A program made the position numbers and the translations under genes. The notes under the pieces were generated by a model. The model did no database searches and was not told the origin of the DNA. It was given only the letters and a program-made list of their open reading frames with translations. This document shows, piece by piece, positions 17,508 through 26,468 of a stretch of DNA of 64,000 bases (its first letter is position 1; every line of letters starts with the position of its first letter). The stretch comes from Deltaproteobacteria bacterium (GTDB lineage: Bacteria > Desulfobacterota > Dissulfuribacteria > Dissulfuribacterales > QOAL01), in the NCBI GenBank assembly GCA_026992735.1, contig JALWYO010000033.1:2091-66090 (forward strand), written 5' to 3'.

Positions 17508-18953
17508 ATGCATCCCATATTCAAGGATCTTCAGGAATTCATAAAGGCTTTGGAAGCCGCAGGTGAACTTGTCAGGATAGCCGAACCAGTGAGCCCTGAG
17601 TTGGAGATAGCGGAGATAACCTGCCGAGTTTCCCATAGTCATGGCCCGGCATTGCTGTTTGAAAACGTATCCGGCGGATCAATGCCTGTGCTGACCAATG
17701 CATTTGGATCCCTGAAACGCATGTGCATGGCCTTCGGCATTTCTGACCTGGACAGTCTCGCCTCTGATGTCCTGGATTTCATTGATCTGGAAGATCCTGC
17801 TGGATACTGCAGCAGGCATGCCATTGATATGTATGCAGGCAAGATAAATCCTGTAAGACCAATACCGGTATCATCTGCGCCTTGCCAGGAGAGGGTCTTT
17901 GTTGGAGATGAAGTGGATCTCGCCATGCTGCCGGTTCTCAAGTGCTGGCCTAGTGATGGCGGCCCGTCTCTCACCATGCCCGTGGTGTTGACAAGGGATC
18001 CTGAAACAGGTGTGAGAAATGCCGGGGTTTACAGGATGCAGGTATATGGCAGAAACAGGACAGGCATGCACTGGTATGCTTCCAGGGGAGGCGCCCGTCA
18101 TTACCGTTCTGCTGAACGGCTGAATGAGCCTCTGGAGGCAGCAGTATGTATCGGCCCCGATCCTGTTACGACTTATGCGGCTACCGCCCCTCTGCCAGAC
18201 GGCATTGATGAGCTGCTTTTTGCCGGTTTCATCAGGCATGATTCAGTAGAACTGGTAAAGTGCAGGACAGTGGACATGGAAGTGCCTGCGCAGTCCCAGA
18301 TAGTCCTGGAAGGCTTTTTAGCGCCTGGTGAACGCCTGCCGGAAGGTCCGTTTGGAAACCACACAGGCTGTTATTCCCCCGTGGAGGAATATCCGGTATT
18401 TCATGTTACCTGCATGACCATGAAAAAATCACCTGTTTATCAGGCCACTGTTGCAGGGCCTCCTCCACAGGAGGACTGCTTTATGGCAAAGGCCACAGAA
18501 CGCCTGTTTCTTCCTTTGATAAAGAGGACTGTGCCTGGAGTAGTGGATGTAAACCTGCCAATAGAAGGTATATTCGGCAACCTTGCATTTGTCTCCATAG
18601 ACAAGCGTTTCCCAGGTCACGCCCGGAAGGTAATGAATGCCCTGTGGGGCCATTTCCTGGGAACGTGGAGGATAATCTGCGTGTTTGACAGGGATGTGGA
18701 TGTGCAGGATATGACTCAGGTATTGTGGCGTCTTGGAAATAATATAGATCCCAAGCGGGATGTATGCTTTACTGACGGCCCTGTGGACATCCTGGCATGG
18801 TCGGCCCCCTTTCCTGGCTACGGCAGCAGGATGGGTATAGACTGCACTGTGACATGGGATGAGGAAGGAGGCAGGCCGTGTCCCGGGACCATGGAGATGG
18901 ATCCTGCTGTCAGCCAGAGAGTGGACCTGCTCTGGTCCAGGCTTGGACTTTGA
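17508..18953 (+). CDS. UbiD-family (prenyl-FMN-dependent) decarboxylase, menaquinone/ubiquinone-type
   Basis: 481-aa ORF with UbiD-family similarity along its whole length (GVYRMQVYG, PFGNHTGCYS). A UbiX-type gene follows immediately. Confidence 0.9.
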   Translation: MHPIFKDLQEFIKALEAAGELVRIAEPVSPELEIAEITCRVSHSHGPALLFENVSGGSMPVLTNAFGSLKRMCMAFGISDLDSLASDVLDFIDLEDPAGYCSRHAIDMYAGKINPVRPIPVSSAPCQERVFVGDEVDLAMLPVLKCWPSDGGPSLTMPVVLTRDPETGVRNAGVYRMQVYGRNRTGMHWYASRGGARHYRSAERLNEPLEAAVCIGPDPVTTYAATAPLPDGIDELLFAGFIRHDSVELVKCRTVDMEVPAQSQIVLEGFLAPGERLPEGPFGNHTGCYSPVEEYPVFHVTCMTMKKSPVYQATVAGPPPQEDCFMAKATERLFLPLIKRTVPGVVDVNLPIEGIFGNLAFVSIDKRFPGHARKVMNALWGHFLGTWRIICVFDRDVDVQDMTQVLWRLGNNIDPKRDVCFTDGPVDILAWSAPFPGYGSRMGIDCTVTWDEEGGRPCPGTMEMDPAVSQRVDLLWSRLGL

Positions 18954-18960
18954 TTTGACA

Positions 18961-19554
18961 ATGGGCAGTATGAACAGCATGCAGATCGACTTGCCGGTTC
19001 TTCTGGCCGTGACAGGAGCCAGCGGTTCTATCTATGCGCTGAAATTTTTGGAGATAATGGCCGGGATAGGGCAGGAAGTACACCTGGTGGTATCAGAAAC
19101 CGGCAGGCAGGTATGCAGGCTGGAACTCGGGCCAAAAGGCATGGAAGCCATGGCAGGGTTTGCAGGCCGGGTTTACAATTGTTCCAGGTTTGACGAGATG
19201 CCTGCCAGCGGCTCCAGCAGGTGGAGGGCCATGGTTATCCTACCATGCACCATGGGCACCATGGGGGCAATTGTCAACGGCATATCAATGAATCTCATAC
19301 ACCGTGCCGCTGACTGTTTTCTCAAGGAAAACAGGCAAGTGGTTGCGGCAGTCAGGGAGACCCCGCTAAACAGGATACATCTGAAGAATATGCTGGCATT
19401 CTCAGAGGCCGGGGGGGTGGTTTATCCCGCCATGCCTTCATTCTATTCTCATCCGGCAGGTCTTGATGAGATGGCGGCATTTTTCGCAGGCCGTCTGGCT
19501 GAATTTCTGGGATTTAGAATAGAGGGGTTGCCTGTATGGCAAGGCAATCCTTAA
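18961..19554 (+). CDS. ubiX: UbiX-family flavin prenyltransferase
   Basis: The track ORF starts at 18859 inside ubiD. I trimmed it to ATG 18961, just after the ubiD stop. The sequence LLAVTGASGSIYALKFLE ... PCTMGTMGAIVNGIS is typical of UbiX/Pad1. Confidence 0.9.
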   Translation: MGSMNSMQIDLPVLLAVTGASGSIYALKFLEIMAGIGQEVHLVVSETGRQVCRLELGPKGMEAMAGFAGRVYNCSRFDEMPASGSSRWRAMVILPCTMGTMGAIVNGISMNLIHRAADCFLKENRQVVAAVRETPLNRIHLKNMLAFSEAGGVVYPAMPSFYSHPAGLDEMAAFFAGRLAEFLGFRIEGLPVWQGNP

Positions 19555-19659
19555 TTTTAGAATAGGGAATCGGTTTATGTTTATACGCATCTCTACAAGC
19601 CCGGTCAAACCCGGCTGTCGCAATTTAATATTATGCGGGAATTCCGCAGGGAGGATGCA

Positions 19660-20394
19660 ATGAGTCCAGATATAGAAAAGGCCTTGGCTTACCAGGTAAA
19701 AAAGGAGATAGCACAGCGCTATTTTGGCATTCGCAAGCTCATAGATGAGGACAGCGCCAACGTTAAGGCCATGATAAAGGATCTGAACCAGTTTCTGGAG
19801 AAGAAGATAGCGCCAGCTATTCTCCGCATATATATGTTGCTCATGGACAGTGATCTCATAGACGAGTTTCTTAATATCATTGGCTGGGAAGGCCGGCCCT
19901 TCATTGATGCCAATGTTGCGGCATCGGCAGATGCCCGCAAGAAATTGCTGCAGGGAATACATACTCACGGCTGGCTCAAGAGCTCCAGGTTTGCAAATCT
20001 GCTCCTGAAAAGTTATGAAGATCTATATGATGTGTACCTGGAATTTGATGATCTCAGGGAAGATATTCTGGATGAGCTTGCAATAGTGGAAGAAGAGATA
20101 ACCCAGTTCAAGAGAAATTATTCCCTGGATGAGATAATGTCTTTCCTTCGTGGTCTGAATTTTGATGACGAGGCCACTGTCAAGGCCCTGGGTAAAAACA
20201 TAGACTCTTCCAAGATGGGAGAGCTGGAAAAGAAGCTCGGTTTTCCGGATATCCAGAGTATCAGGGCGGAAATGCCGGATGTTCCAAAGCTTCCGAAGCC
20301 TGAGGCAATAGAGGATCAGCTTCGGGACCTGGCCAGCCGGGTATATAACCGCCACAAAGACGAGATACAGGAGCTGCTGGAAGTGGTTAGGTAA
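19660..20394 (+). CDS. hypothetical protein (acidic, helical), embedded in the UbiD/UbiX/UbiA cluster
   Basis: Track ORF 19633..20394. I prefer ATG 19660, which has GGGAGGA 5 nt upstream. I recognise no family motif. Confidence 0.6.
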   Translation: MSPDIEKALAYQVKKEIAQRYFGIRKLIDEDSANVKAMIKDLNQFLEKKIAPAILRIYMLLMDSDLIDEFLNIIGWEGRPFIDANVAASADARKKLLQGIHTHGWLKSSRFANLLLKSYEDLYDVYLEFDDLREDILDELAIVEEEITQFKRNYSLDEIMSFLRGLNFDDEATVKALGKNIDSSKMGELEKKLGFPDIQSIRAEMPDVPKLPKPEAIEDQLRDLASRVYNRHKDEIQELLEVVR

Positions 20395-20481
20395 CATAGA
20401 CATAGAAGTGTTGTGCCGTTATGTCATCTGGTATGCTGTATGACAGGATGTGGATATTAGAAACAGGCGGAATATAAGATA

Positions 20482-21360
20482 ATGACGACAGGCAGTAAGA
20501 CGATTTCCGGCAGAGTCCGGATATTTCTGGACATGATAAAGTTCCAGCACACCATTTTTGCGCTTCCCTTTGCCTATGTGGGTGCCTTTCTCGCAGCTAA
20601 GGGGGTTCCTCCCATTGGAACATGTGTCTGGATACTGCTTGCCATGGCCGGTGCCAGGACAGTAGCCATGGCAGTCAACAGGATAGTGGACAGGGAGTAT
20701 GATGCTGAAAACCCCCGCACCATGGACCGCCCTCTGGTTACAGGGGCCATAATGGAGCCGGATGCATGGATCATGGTGACTATGGCTGCCCTTGTATATT
20801 TCATTGCCTGTTACAACCTTACTACCTTGGCATTCAGGCTTTCCCCCCTTATATTGGCTATTCTTGTCTTCTATTCTTATACAAAACGTTTCACCTTCCT
20901 GTGTCACCTGTTCCTGGGGCTTGGCATAGGCATTACTCCCACTGCTGGCTGGATAGCGGTCAGTAATTCCATAGGCATTACTCCTCTGCTTCTAAGCCTG
21001 GGCGTAATGTTCTGGATTGCCGGGTTCGATATACTGTATGCATGCCAGGATGTAGAATTTGATGCGGACCGCGGCCTTCATTCTATCCCTGTAAAGCTGG
21101 GGGTAAAGCGGGCATTCGTCGTCTCCGGGGCATTCCATGTGATAGCATTCGGCGCCTTTATGGCAGCCGGCATTACGGCAGGCTTGAACTGGATATATTA
21201 CCTTGGCATGGTGGCTGTCTTTGTGCTTCTCTGCCTCCAGCGTATGGTAATTACCCCCTCTGACCTGAGCAGGATGAACCTGGCTTTTTTCAGAATGAAT
21301 GCGGCAATCAGTATAATCCTGCTGGTTTCCACCTCGTTTTCCATCTTTATGGCCAGGTAA
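20482..21360 (+). CDS. UbiA-family aromatic polyprenyltransferase (4-hydroxybenzoate / menaquinone-precursor type)
   Basis: 292-aa polytopic membrane protein with UbiA Asp-rich motifs (NRIVDREYDAENPRT; YACQDVEFDADRGLHS). Confidence 0.9.
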   Translation: MTTGSKTISGRVRIFLDMIKFQHTIFALPFAYVGAFLAAKGVPPIGTCVWILLAMAGARTVAMAVNRIVDREYDAENPRTMDRPLVTGAIMEPDAWIMVTMAALVYFIACYNLTTLAFRLSPLILAILVFYSYTKRFTFLCHLFLGLGIGITPTAGWIAVSNSIGITPLLLSLGVMFWIAGFDILYACQDVEFDADRGLHSIPVKLGVKRAFVVSGAFHVIAFGAFMAAGITAGLNWIYYLGMVAVFVLLCLQRMVITPSDLSRMNLAFFRMNAAISIILLVSTSFSIFMAR

Positions 21361-22163
21361 TGGCAGTCAGGCATGACATGAATGCCCGGATTTTGCTCCA
21401 GGAGGAGGTTGGGCCGGACACGTTTCTCATGAGATTTGAGGCAACCGTCATCTCGGAATATGCCCGTCCAGGCCAGTTCATAATGATAAGGCTGTGCGGT
21501 TATGAGGGCCATGATCCTCTGCTGAGAAGGCCTTTTTCCATCCATGCAGCAGACCCTGATAAGGGAACCGTTGATATCCTGTACCGTGTCGTGGGTAGGG
21601 GGACAAGGCAGATGTCCGGCCTTGCGCCAGGCATGGCCCTGAAGGTACTCGGCCCTCTTGGCCGAGGATTCAGCCTGCATGAAGAAAGGACCCCTGTACT
21701 GGTAGGTGGAGGTCTTGGCGTTGCGCCCCTCCTCTTCCTTGCCAGGCATCTTAAGGGTCAGGGAGGTTCTGTCATACTTGGTGCAGTGACATCCCGCCAG
21801 CTTCTGAGGCTGGATGCATTTGAGAATACCGGCCTTGATCTGCTCGTTGCAACCGAAGATGGCAGCGCAGGAGTCAGGGGGCTGGTAACAGGTGTGCTGG
21901 ATAATCTATTGAAGGATATCGGCAGTCATCACGCCCGGCCTGCAGCAGTGTATTCATGCGGGCCCATGCCCATGCTCAAGGCGGTGGCCGGGGTATGTAT
22001 GGAATATGCCATCGAATGCCAGGTATCTATAGAAGCGGTAATGGCATGTGGCCTGGGGCTGTGTCTCGGATGTGCAGTAAAGGCAAGGCATGATGGCTAT
22101 GTGCATGTGTGCAGGGAAGGCCCTGTGTTTTATTCAGACCAGATAGACTGGGAGCAGCTGTAA
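21360..22163 (+). CDS. pyrK: dihydroorotate dehydrogenase (type 1B) electron-transfer subunit
   Basis: 267-aa ORF with a ferredoxin-reductase fold and a C-terminal [2Fe-2S] motif CGLGLCLGCAV...VCREGPVF. Its ATG overlaps the ubiA stop (TAATG). Confidence 0.9.
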   Translation: MAVRHDMNARILLQEEVGPDTFLMRFEATVISEYARPGQFIMIRLCGYEGHDPLLRRPFSIHAADPDKGTVDILYRVVGRGTRQMSGLAPGMALKVLGPLGRGFSLHEERTPVLVGGGLGVAPLLFLARHLKGQGGSVILGAVTSRQLLRLDAFENTGLDLLVATEDGSAGVRGLVTGVLDNLLKDIGSHHARPAAVYSCGPMPMLKAVAGVCMEYAIECQVSIEAVMACGLGLCLGCAVKARHDGYVHVCREGPVFYSDQIDWEQL

Positions 22164-22170
22164 ACGCATC

Positions 22171-23112
22171 ATGAAATCAGAAAAGGAGATAAAGCAGGCC
22201 TGTTCTTCACCTGACATCAGTGTCAAGATAGGCGATTTAGAGCTTAAAAATCCGGTTATGCTGGCTTCAGGAACCTGCGGTTACGGCTTGGAATTCGCAG
22301 ATTTTGTGGACCCGTCTAGTTTGGGGGCCGTGGTGGTCAAAGGGCTTTCGCTGGAGCCAAGGGAGGGGAATCCTCCCCCGCGCCTGGCAGAGACTCCATG
22401 TGGCCTCCTGAATGCAATAGGGCTGGAGAATATAGGTCTTGATGCCTTTCTCAAACAGAAGTTGCCTTGGCTCATGGAGAGAAATGTGACCGTTGTGGTG
22501 AATATACTGGGCAGCACCCTTGAAGAATATCAGCGTATTGCAGCAAGGCTGTCAGAGTCCTCCGGGGTGCATGCCATAGAGGTAAACATTTCCTGTCCAA
22601 ATGTAAAAAAAGGAGGCGTGGCCTTTGGGACAGATCTCGTGCAGGCAGCAAATGTTACCAGGAAGGTAGTTGAGGTTTCATCAATTCCCGTAATAGTTAA
22701 ACTGTCTCCCAACGTGACCGACATCTGCGCCATTGCCAAGGCGGTGGAAGATGCCGGAGCCACTGCGGTATCCCTTATAAATACGCTCCTGGGCATGGTC
22801 ATTGACATCCATAACAGAAGGCCTGCGCTCGGAAATGTATTTGGAGGGCTTTCCGGCCCTGCCATTAAGCCGATAGCGCTTAGGATGGTATGGCAGGTGG
22901 CACGCTGTGTTGGTATCCCGGTCATAGGAATCGGCGGGATTGCAACTGCCGAAGATGCCCTGGAATTTCTTATGGCCGGGGCTTTGGCGGTGCAGATAGG
23001 CACTGCCACTCTTGTGGATCCTCTTGCATCTAAGAATGTGTTAAATGGAATAGTTGACTTTCTTACGAAAAATAACTACCGTAATCTTGTAGAGTTGAGG
23101 ATAAGCTCTTAA
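22171..23112 (+). CDS. pyrD: dihydroorotate dehydrogenase (type 1B) catalytic subunit
   Basis: 313-aa ORF with LKNPVMLASGTCGYG, NISCPNVKKGG and GIGGIATAEDALEFLMAGA. Confidence 0.9.
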   Translation: MKSEKEIKQACSSPDISVKIGDLELKNPVMLASGTCGYGLEFADFVDPSSLGAVVVKGLSLEPREGNPPPRLAETPCGLLNAIGLENIGLDAFLKQKLPWLMERNVTVVVNILGSTLEEYQRIAARLSESSGVHAIEVNISCPNVKKGGVAFGTDLVQAANVTRKVVEVSSIPVIVKLSPNVTDICAIAKAVEDAGATAVSLINTLLGMVIDIHNRRPALGNVFGGLSGPAIKPIALRMVWQVARCVGIPVIGIGGIATAEDALEFLMAGALAVQIGTATLVDPLASKNVLNGIVDFLTKNNYRNLVELRISS

Positions 23113-23175
23113 AGGCAAGATCTCTATCCAGGTTACACTCCTTGGCATCCTGCGAGTTGCATGTGCGTTTTGTGC

Positions 23176-23204
23176 TTGACAAAAGAGATGCTGGAGGTTA
23201 GATA
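23176..23204 (+). promoter_or_regulatory. candidate sigma-70 promoter inside the pyrD / EF-G intergenic region
   Basis: Perfect -35 TTGACA (23176-23181), a 17-nt spacer, then TAGATA (23199-23204). The -10 is imperfect. Confidence 0.3.
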
Positions 23205-23210
23205 GGCAAC

Positions 23211-23340
23211 TCTCTGAAGGCTTCGAAACGAAAGAATCCTCTATCACCTGCAGTTCGCACGCTAACTTCACAGTTTTTACATAGCTTTAGAGGGCAGGGC
23301 TTCCTGCTGGAGCTGTGTTGCAGCAGGAGTTTTCCCTTTT
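23211..23340 (+). ncRNA. candidate ~130-nt small RNA (or a structured pyrD 3' UTR)
   Basis: Bounded by the candidate promoter at 23176-23204 and the intrinsic terminator at 23302-23340. It has an internal helix CCTCTA...TAGAGG. It matches no RNA family I recognise. Confidence 0.3.
23302..23340 (+). terminator. rho-independent terminator
   Basis: TCCTGCTG (23302-23309) pairs with CAGCAGGA (23321-23328) across a loop, followed by GTTTTCCCTTTT. Confidence 0.7.
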
Positions 23341-23426
23341 GTGCATGGTATATTGTCTGTCAGTCCTGCAGGTTTAGGCCGCTTTCTTGTGAGCGCTGTT
23401 TACATCTGCTCTTTATGTGTGGAAAA

Positions 23427-23459
23427 TTGCGGACTATATGACATTGATAATATTATCAA
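23427..23459 (+). promoter_or_regulatory. candidate promoter with an overlapping perfect 16-bp palindromic operator (TTGATAATATTATCAA)
   Basis: TTGCGG (23427-23432), an 18-nt spacer, then TATTAT (23451-23456). The palindrome at 23444-23459 covers the -10. It lies about 140 nt upstream of the EF-G start. Confidence 0.4.
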
Positions 23460-23600
23460 GGACTTCAGAAAGTTTTAATTCAGAATGCTGTAACTGTGCT
23501 ATTAAAAGAGCATATATAGTTGCCCGCCTGTGATTTTATGCCCTGGGCAGTAATGGTTGTACAGGCAGGTTATATGAAAAGTTTGAGGTAGGAAAGGAAG

Positions 23601-25682
23601 ATGAAGAAAGATCCGGAAAAGGTAAGGAACATCGGTATCAGTGCCCATATTGACGCTGGTAAAACCACTTTGACTGAAAGAATGCTGTATTATACCAACA
23701 GGATTCATGCCATTCATGATGTGAAGGGCAAAGATGGTGTCGGGGCTACCATGGATTTCATGGAGCTTGAAAAGGAAAGAGGAATCACCATCACCTCTGC
23801 TGCTACATATTGTGAATGGAAGGACCATGAGATAAATATTATTGATACCCCTGGTCACGTTGACTTTACTATAGAAGTTGAAAGAGCTCTGAGGGTCCTT
23901 GACGGTGGTGTTCTTGTTCTGTGTTCTGTCGGCGGTGTCCAGTCGCAGTCCATCACCGTTGACAGGCAGATGGCAAGGTACAAGGTGCCTTGTATTGCCT
24001 TTATAAACAAGTGCGACAGGAGCGGGGCAAATCCTTTCAGGGTCATAGACCAGCTCAGGGAAAAACTTCACCATAATGCAGTTGCCCTCCAGGTGCCGAT
24101 CGGCCTGGAAAACAAGTTTGAGGGCGTTGTTGACCTGGTCAAGATGAAGGCCATTTATTTTGAGGGGCAGCAGGGTGAAAAGATTCGCGAAGCAGAGATC
24201 CCTGCAGAGCTTATGCCCGAGGTGGAAGAAAGGCGTGAGGCACTGATAGATGCCGCTTCCATGTTTTCAGAGGAGCTTATGGAGGCAGCACTTGAAGGTG
24301 ACGTGCCCGAAGATTTGCTCGTTCAGGCTATAAGAGAGGGTACCCTCAAGAGGGAAATCACACCTGTAATGGTTGGCTCTGCCTACAAAAATAAAGGCGT
24401 GCAGCCCCTGCTGGATGGTGTCACCAAATACCTCCCGCATCCTGGGGAGGTGGTGAACAAGGCCCTTGACTTGGATAACGATGAGCAGGAGGTGATATTG
24501 TCTTCCGATGTCGATGCCCCGCTTGTGGCCCTTGCCTTCAAGCTGGAAGAGGGCAGGTATGGTCAGCTGACCTACATACGGGTTTACCAGGGTAACCTCA
24601 AAAAGGGCGATTTCATAGTGAACTCCAGGACCGGCAGGAAGGTCAAGGTCGGCAGGGTGGTAAGGATGCATGCTGATGAAATGGAAGATATCCAGGAGAT
24701 ACCGGCTGGATACATAGGAGCCCTTTTTGGTATTGATTGTGCCTCTGGTGATACCTTTACTTCTCCTGGTCTCCGATATTCCATGACATCCATGCACGTG
24801 CCTGAACCGGTGATTTCCCTGGCCATCGTTCCTGAAGATAACAAGAGCCAGCAAAATATGTCCAAGGCTTTGTCGCGTTTTACCAAGGAAGATCCAACTT
24901 TCAGGGTAAGGGTGGATCACGAAACAGGGGATACTATAATCTCCGGTATGGGTGAGCTGCATCTCGAGGTATACATAGAAAGGATGAAGCGGGAATATGA
25001 TGCTATCGTACATACAGGCGCACCGCAGGTTGCCTACAGGGAGGCTATTTCCCGCATGGCCGAATTCAACTATACTCACAAAAAACAGACAGGCGGTGCA
25101 GGCCAGTACGGCAGGGTTGCAGGTTACATGGAGCCGTGTGAAGAGGAATTCGAGTTTGTAAACAAGATAGTGGGTGGGGCAATCCCTACAGAGTTTATCA
25201 GCTCGGTTGAAAAGGGTTTCAAAAGCGCCTTGGCCAAGGGCCTTCTCCTGGGGTTCCCTGTAACCGGGATAAGGGTTGTCATCAATGATGGCCAGGCTCA
25301 CGCTGTAGATTCTTCCGATACCGCATTCCAGGCTGCTGCCAGGGGCGCTTTCAAGGAAGGGTTTAAAAAGGCAAAGCCCATTATACTTGAACCTATTATG
25401 AAGGTGGCTGTGGAGACCCCTTCAGAATTTCAGGGAGCTGTCATGGGTTCTCTGAATCAGAGAAGAGGCATGATCCTTGGCACCCAGGATGAAGGAGAGA
25501 TGTGCGTTATAGAGGCAGAAGTGCCTCTGTCTGAAATGTTCGGCTATTCCACAGATCTGCGTTCTTCCACACAGGGGAAGGCCCAGTTCACCATGGAATT
25601 TGCATCATATCGCCAGGTGCCTAAGTCCATAGCTGAGGAACTGGTGAAAAAGGTTCAGGAAAAGAACAAGAAGGCCGCATAA
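23601..25682 (+). CDS. fusA: elongation factor G family GTPase (stand-alone paralog, not in an rpsL-rpsG-fusA-tuf context)
   Basis: 693-aa ORF with G1 [10 protein letters not shown]3 DTPGHVDF and G4 NKCD, plus full EF-G domains II-V. AGGAAAGGA lies upstream of the ATG. Confidence 0.9.
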   Translation: MKKDPEKVRNIGISAHIDAGKTTLTERMLYYTNRIHAIHDVKGKDGVGATMDFMELEKERGITITSAATYCEWKDHEINIIDTPGHVDFTIEVERALRVLDGGVLVLCSVGGVQSQSITVDRQMARYKVPCIAFINKCDRSGANPFRVIDQLREKLHHNAVALQVPIGLENKFEGVVDLVKMKAIYFEGQQGEKIREAEIPAELMPEVEERREALIDAASMFSEELMEAALEGDVPEDLLVQAIREGTLKREITPVMVGSAYKNKGVQPLLDGVTKYLPHPGEVVNKALDLDNDEQEVILSSDVDAPLVALAFKLEEGRYGQLTYIRVYQGNLKKGDFIVNSRTGRKVKVGRVVRMHADEMEDIQEIPAGYIGALFGIDCASGDTFTSPGLRYSMTSMHVPEPVISLAIVPEDNKSQQNMSKALSRFTKEDPTFRVRVDHETGDTIISGMGELHLEVYIERMKREYDAIVHTGAPQVAYREAISRMAEFNYTHKKQTGGAGQYGRVAGYMEPCEEEFEFVNKIVGGAIPTEFISSVEKGFKSALAKGLLLGFPVTGIRVVINDGQAHAVDSSDTAFQAAARGAFKEGFKKAKPIILEPIMKVAVETPSEFQGAVMGSLNQRRGMILGTQDEGEMCVIEAEVPLSEMFGYSTDLRSSTQGKAQFTMEFASYRQVPKSIAEELVKKVQEKNKKAA

Positions 25683-25772
25683 TTGCCTTTAAACAGCAGC
25701 AATCCCCTGGCTGGAAAGAGTGATCAGCCGGCATGGGGGCAAATTATATACTTGAGAGAAAGGTCGATCGTC

Positions 25773-26468
25773 ATGTTGAAACAGGATTTGATTCTGAGAA
25801 ATCCTTTGAGAATACTTGGAAATCAGGAAAAAGAACCCCTTAAGGAAGGGGCATTTGGAGCTGTTCTTGCCAAGGCCGGGGTGGGAAAGACGGCCTTTCT
25901 GGTGCAACTTGCCATGGATAACCTGCTTAAGGGCAGAAATGTTTTGCACATCAGCCTTACGCAGCCGGTAAGAAAAGTGTGTCTTTGGTATGAAGAGGTT
26001 TTTCATAACATAGCCAGGGAATACGACCTCAAAAATACATCCGAACTCTGGGAAACCATCTTGCCTCACAGGTTCATAATGACCTTCAGGACAGATGATT
26101 TTTCAGTGTCCAGGCTGGAAGAGAGGCTGAATGACCTTACAGAGCAGGGCATATTTTTCCCACAGCTTGTTATAGTGGATGGCCTTAATTTCAGTCAGGG
26201 AGTCAGAGATGCCTTGTCCGAATTCAAGATCGTGGCCAGGGAACAGGGTTTCCCCGTCTGGTTTGCAGTAAAGGTGCAGCCCGAAGAGGAACTGGAACCC
26301 GGCAGCCTTCCCGCTACAGTTGAAGATGTATCCGATCTCTTTCAGTTTCTTATTGGTCTTAAGCCCTCCAGGAAAGAGATAAACATCACGGTTATCAAGG
26401 GAGATGCGGACCCGGATGCTCCGCCGATGTTTCTGGATCCCGCAACTCTTCTCATAAAGAATCGCTAA
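25773..26468 (+). CDS. RecA/KaiC-superfamily-like P-loop protein, function unknown
   Basis: The track ORF starts at TTG 25683; I trimmed it to ATG 25773. Walker A-like AKAGVGKT and Walker B-like LVIVDG are present. Its stop overlaps the next start (TAATG). Confidence 0.55.
   Translation: MLKQDLILRNPLRILGNQEKEPLKEGAFGAVLAKAGVGKTAFLVQLAMDNLLKGRNVLHISLTQPVRKVCLWYEEVFHNIAREYDLKNTSELWETILPHRFIMTFRTDDFSVSRLEERLNDLTEQGIFFPQLVIVDGLNFSQGVRDALSEFKIVAREQGFPVWFAVKVQPEEELEPGSLPATVEDVSDLFQFLIGLKPSRKEINITVIKGDADPDAPPMFLDPATLLIKNR

Noticed and set aside
23143-23161. Sigma-54-like TGGCAT ... TTGCA just after pyrD.
   Set aside because: The GG-to-GC spacing is 15 nt instead of the required 12, so it is not a functional -24/-12 geometry.
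24267-25301. Long antisense ORFs inside well-supported genes. Examples: 24267..25301 (344 aa, in EF-G), 41127..42074 (315 aa, in glnA), 55177..56073 (298 aa, in leuS), 29471..30235 (254 aa, in nuoD), 39323..40075 (250 aa, in obg/proB) and 53072..53785 (237 aa, in ribBA).
   Set aside because: Each lies opposite a gene with unmistakable family motifs. The translations are Arg/Gly/His/Pro-rich shadow-frame products without motifs, which is typical of mid to high GC coding regions.
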